DNA from: Monocercomonoides exilis PA203
Lineage: Eukaryota > Protista > Preaxostyla
Length of the DNA stretch: 64,000 bases
Direction: 5' to 3'
NCBI GenBank assembly: GCA_001643675.2
Contig: LSRY02000018.1
Span: 806,001-870,000 of the forward strand
The notes under the pieces were generated by a model. It saw only the letters and a list, made by a program, of their open reading frames with translations. It ran no database searches and was not told the origin of the DNA. Within the stretch, counting starts at the first letter, position 1. Each line of letters opens with the position of its first letter. Position numbers and translations under genes: made by a program. This document shows, one piece after another, positions 63,107 to 64,000 of the stretch.

Positions 63107-63216
63107 CTGTGTAGTTTATTTTTTAACTTTTAGAAATGAAATATTTCAAAAATTTTGATAAATGTGTATTTGAAAAGTAATTATGGGAACATTTTTTTAA
63201 AAAAAGTTCTTCTGTG

Positions 63217-63252
<36 letters not shown>

Positions 63253-64000
63253 AATCCAATTGATTTTTATTTTCAGAAAAGTTAAAAAACATATGAATTT
63301 ATTCATATCAATTTTCTTTTGTGCAAACTGAGTTCATTTGATTCATCAAATATGCATTTGCTTTTCGAAAGGAAGTAACTATTCAAAGAGACTAATGTTC
63401 TAGCCTGATTATTTCAATTGAATAATAATATAATGATATGCTTTTATATCTTACGAAATTTGCTGGAAATAATCACTGGAATTGAATTTTGATATTCACG
63501 GTATTTTCTTTTCAAGCTTATGTTACAAATATTTCATTCGTCAATAAGGAAAAGCTGAGAAATTAAAAAATTGCTCTTTTGAAATAATAATTATTTTTCA
63601 AACAATCGAAAAAACAAGCATAAAATTTTAATTATTAAAAACATTTAAAAAAAAGCTTTGAAGAAGAATTATAAGGGAAAAAATATTCATATTGTCTTTC
63701 TTTCAAAAAAAAAAAAAAAATAGAAAATTCGAAGTTCAAGATTTCTAACAATAAAAGTTATGAATACATAAACATAAAAATCCTCCGCTTAAAGAAATAT
63801 TCAATATAATTAATAATTCTTTGAAGAATTTTATGTAAAAAATTTTTCTCAAAAATGAAAAAAGGCAATTCAAATGGAAAAAAAAAGACAGATGTCGAAC
63901 AAAAACTGGAACAAAAAATTGCATTTCAACGAATTTCACCAACAAAATTGGGAACAAACAAGAAATTAACTTGCCTCTAATTTTTCGTTGATTTGTGGAA

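Overview
AT-rich, gene-dense eukaryotic DNA with many short GT-AG introns, the standard genetic code and abundant (CT/GA)n, TCT and homopolymer tracts. It most resembles the oxymonad Monocercomonoides, judged from memory of its giant surface-protein/pseudokinase family; this was not confirmed by a search. Recognisable genes: CMS1-like, importin-alpha-like, RPL13A with a long Lys-rich tail, ENTH/epsin-like, a degenerate eIF4A paralogue, thiolase, UBE2J-type E2, BLOS2 (absent from the ORF track), a TauE/SafE exporter, an SLC38A9-like transporter, two giant intronless surface proteins and an intronless bacterial-like membrane protein. Mobile DNA: a Merlin/IS1595-type transposase relic (about 21.5-22.4 kb) and a complete pogo/Fot1-like DD35D transposon with 36-bp TIRs and a TA duplication (37368-39377). 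The main finding is a 5.15-kb element (46503-51659) bounded by nearly identical 985-bp terminal inverted repeats. Each repeat carries a roughly 400-bp fold-back and a 70-76 aa ORF, and together they enclose a decayed primase-polymerase plus SF3/D5-type helicase gene. No transposase, integrase, PolB or capsid gene is visible, so it may be an integrated linear plasmid-like or transpoviron-like replicon. A diverged copy of its outer end lies at about 22.86-23.1 kb.
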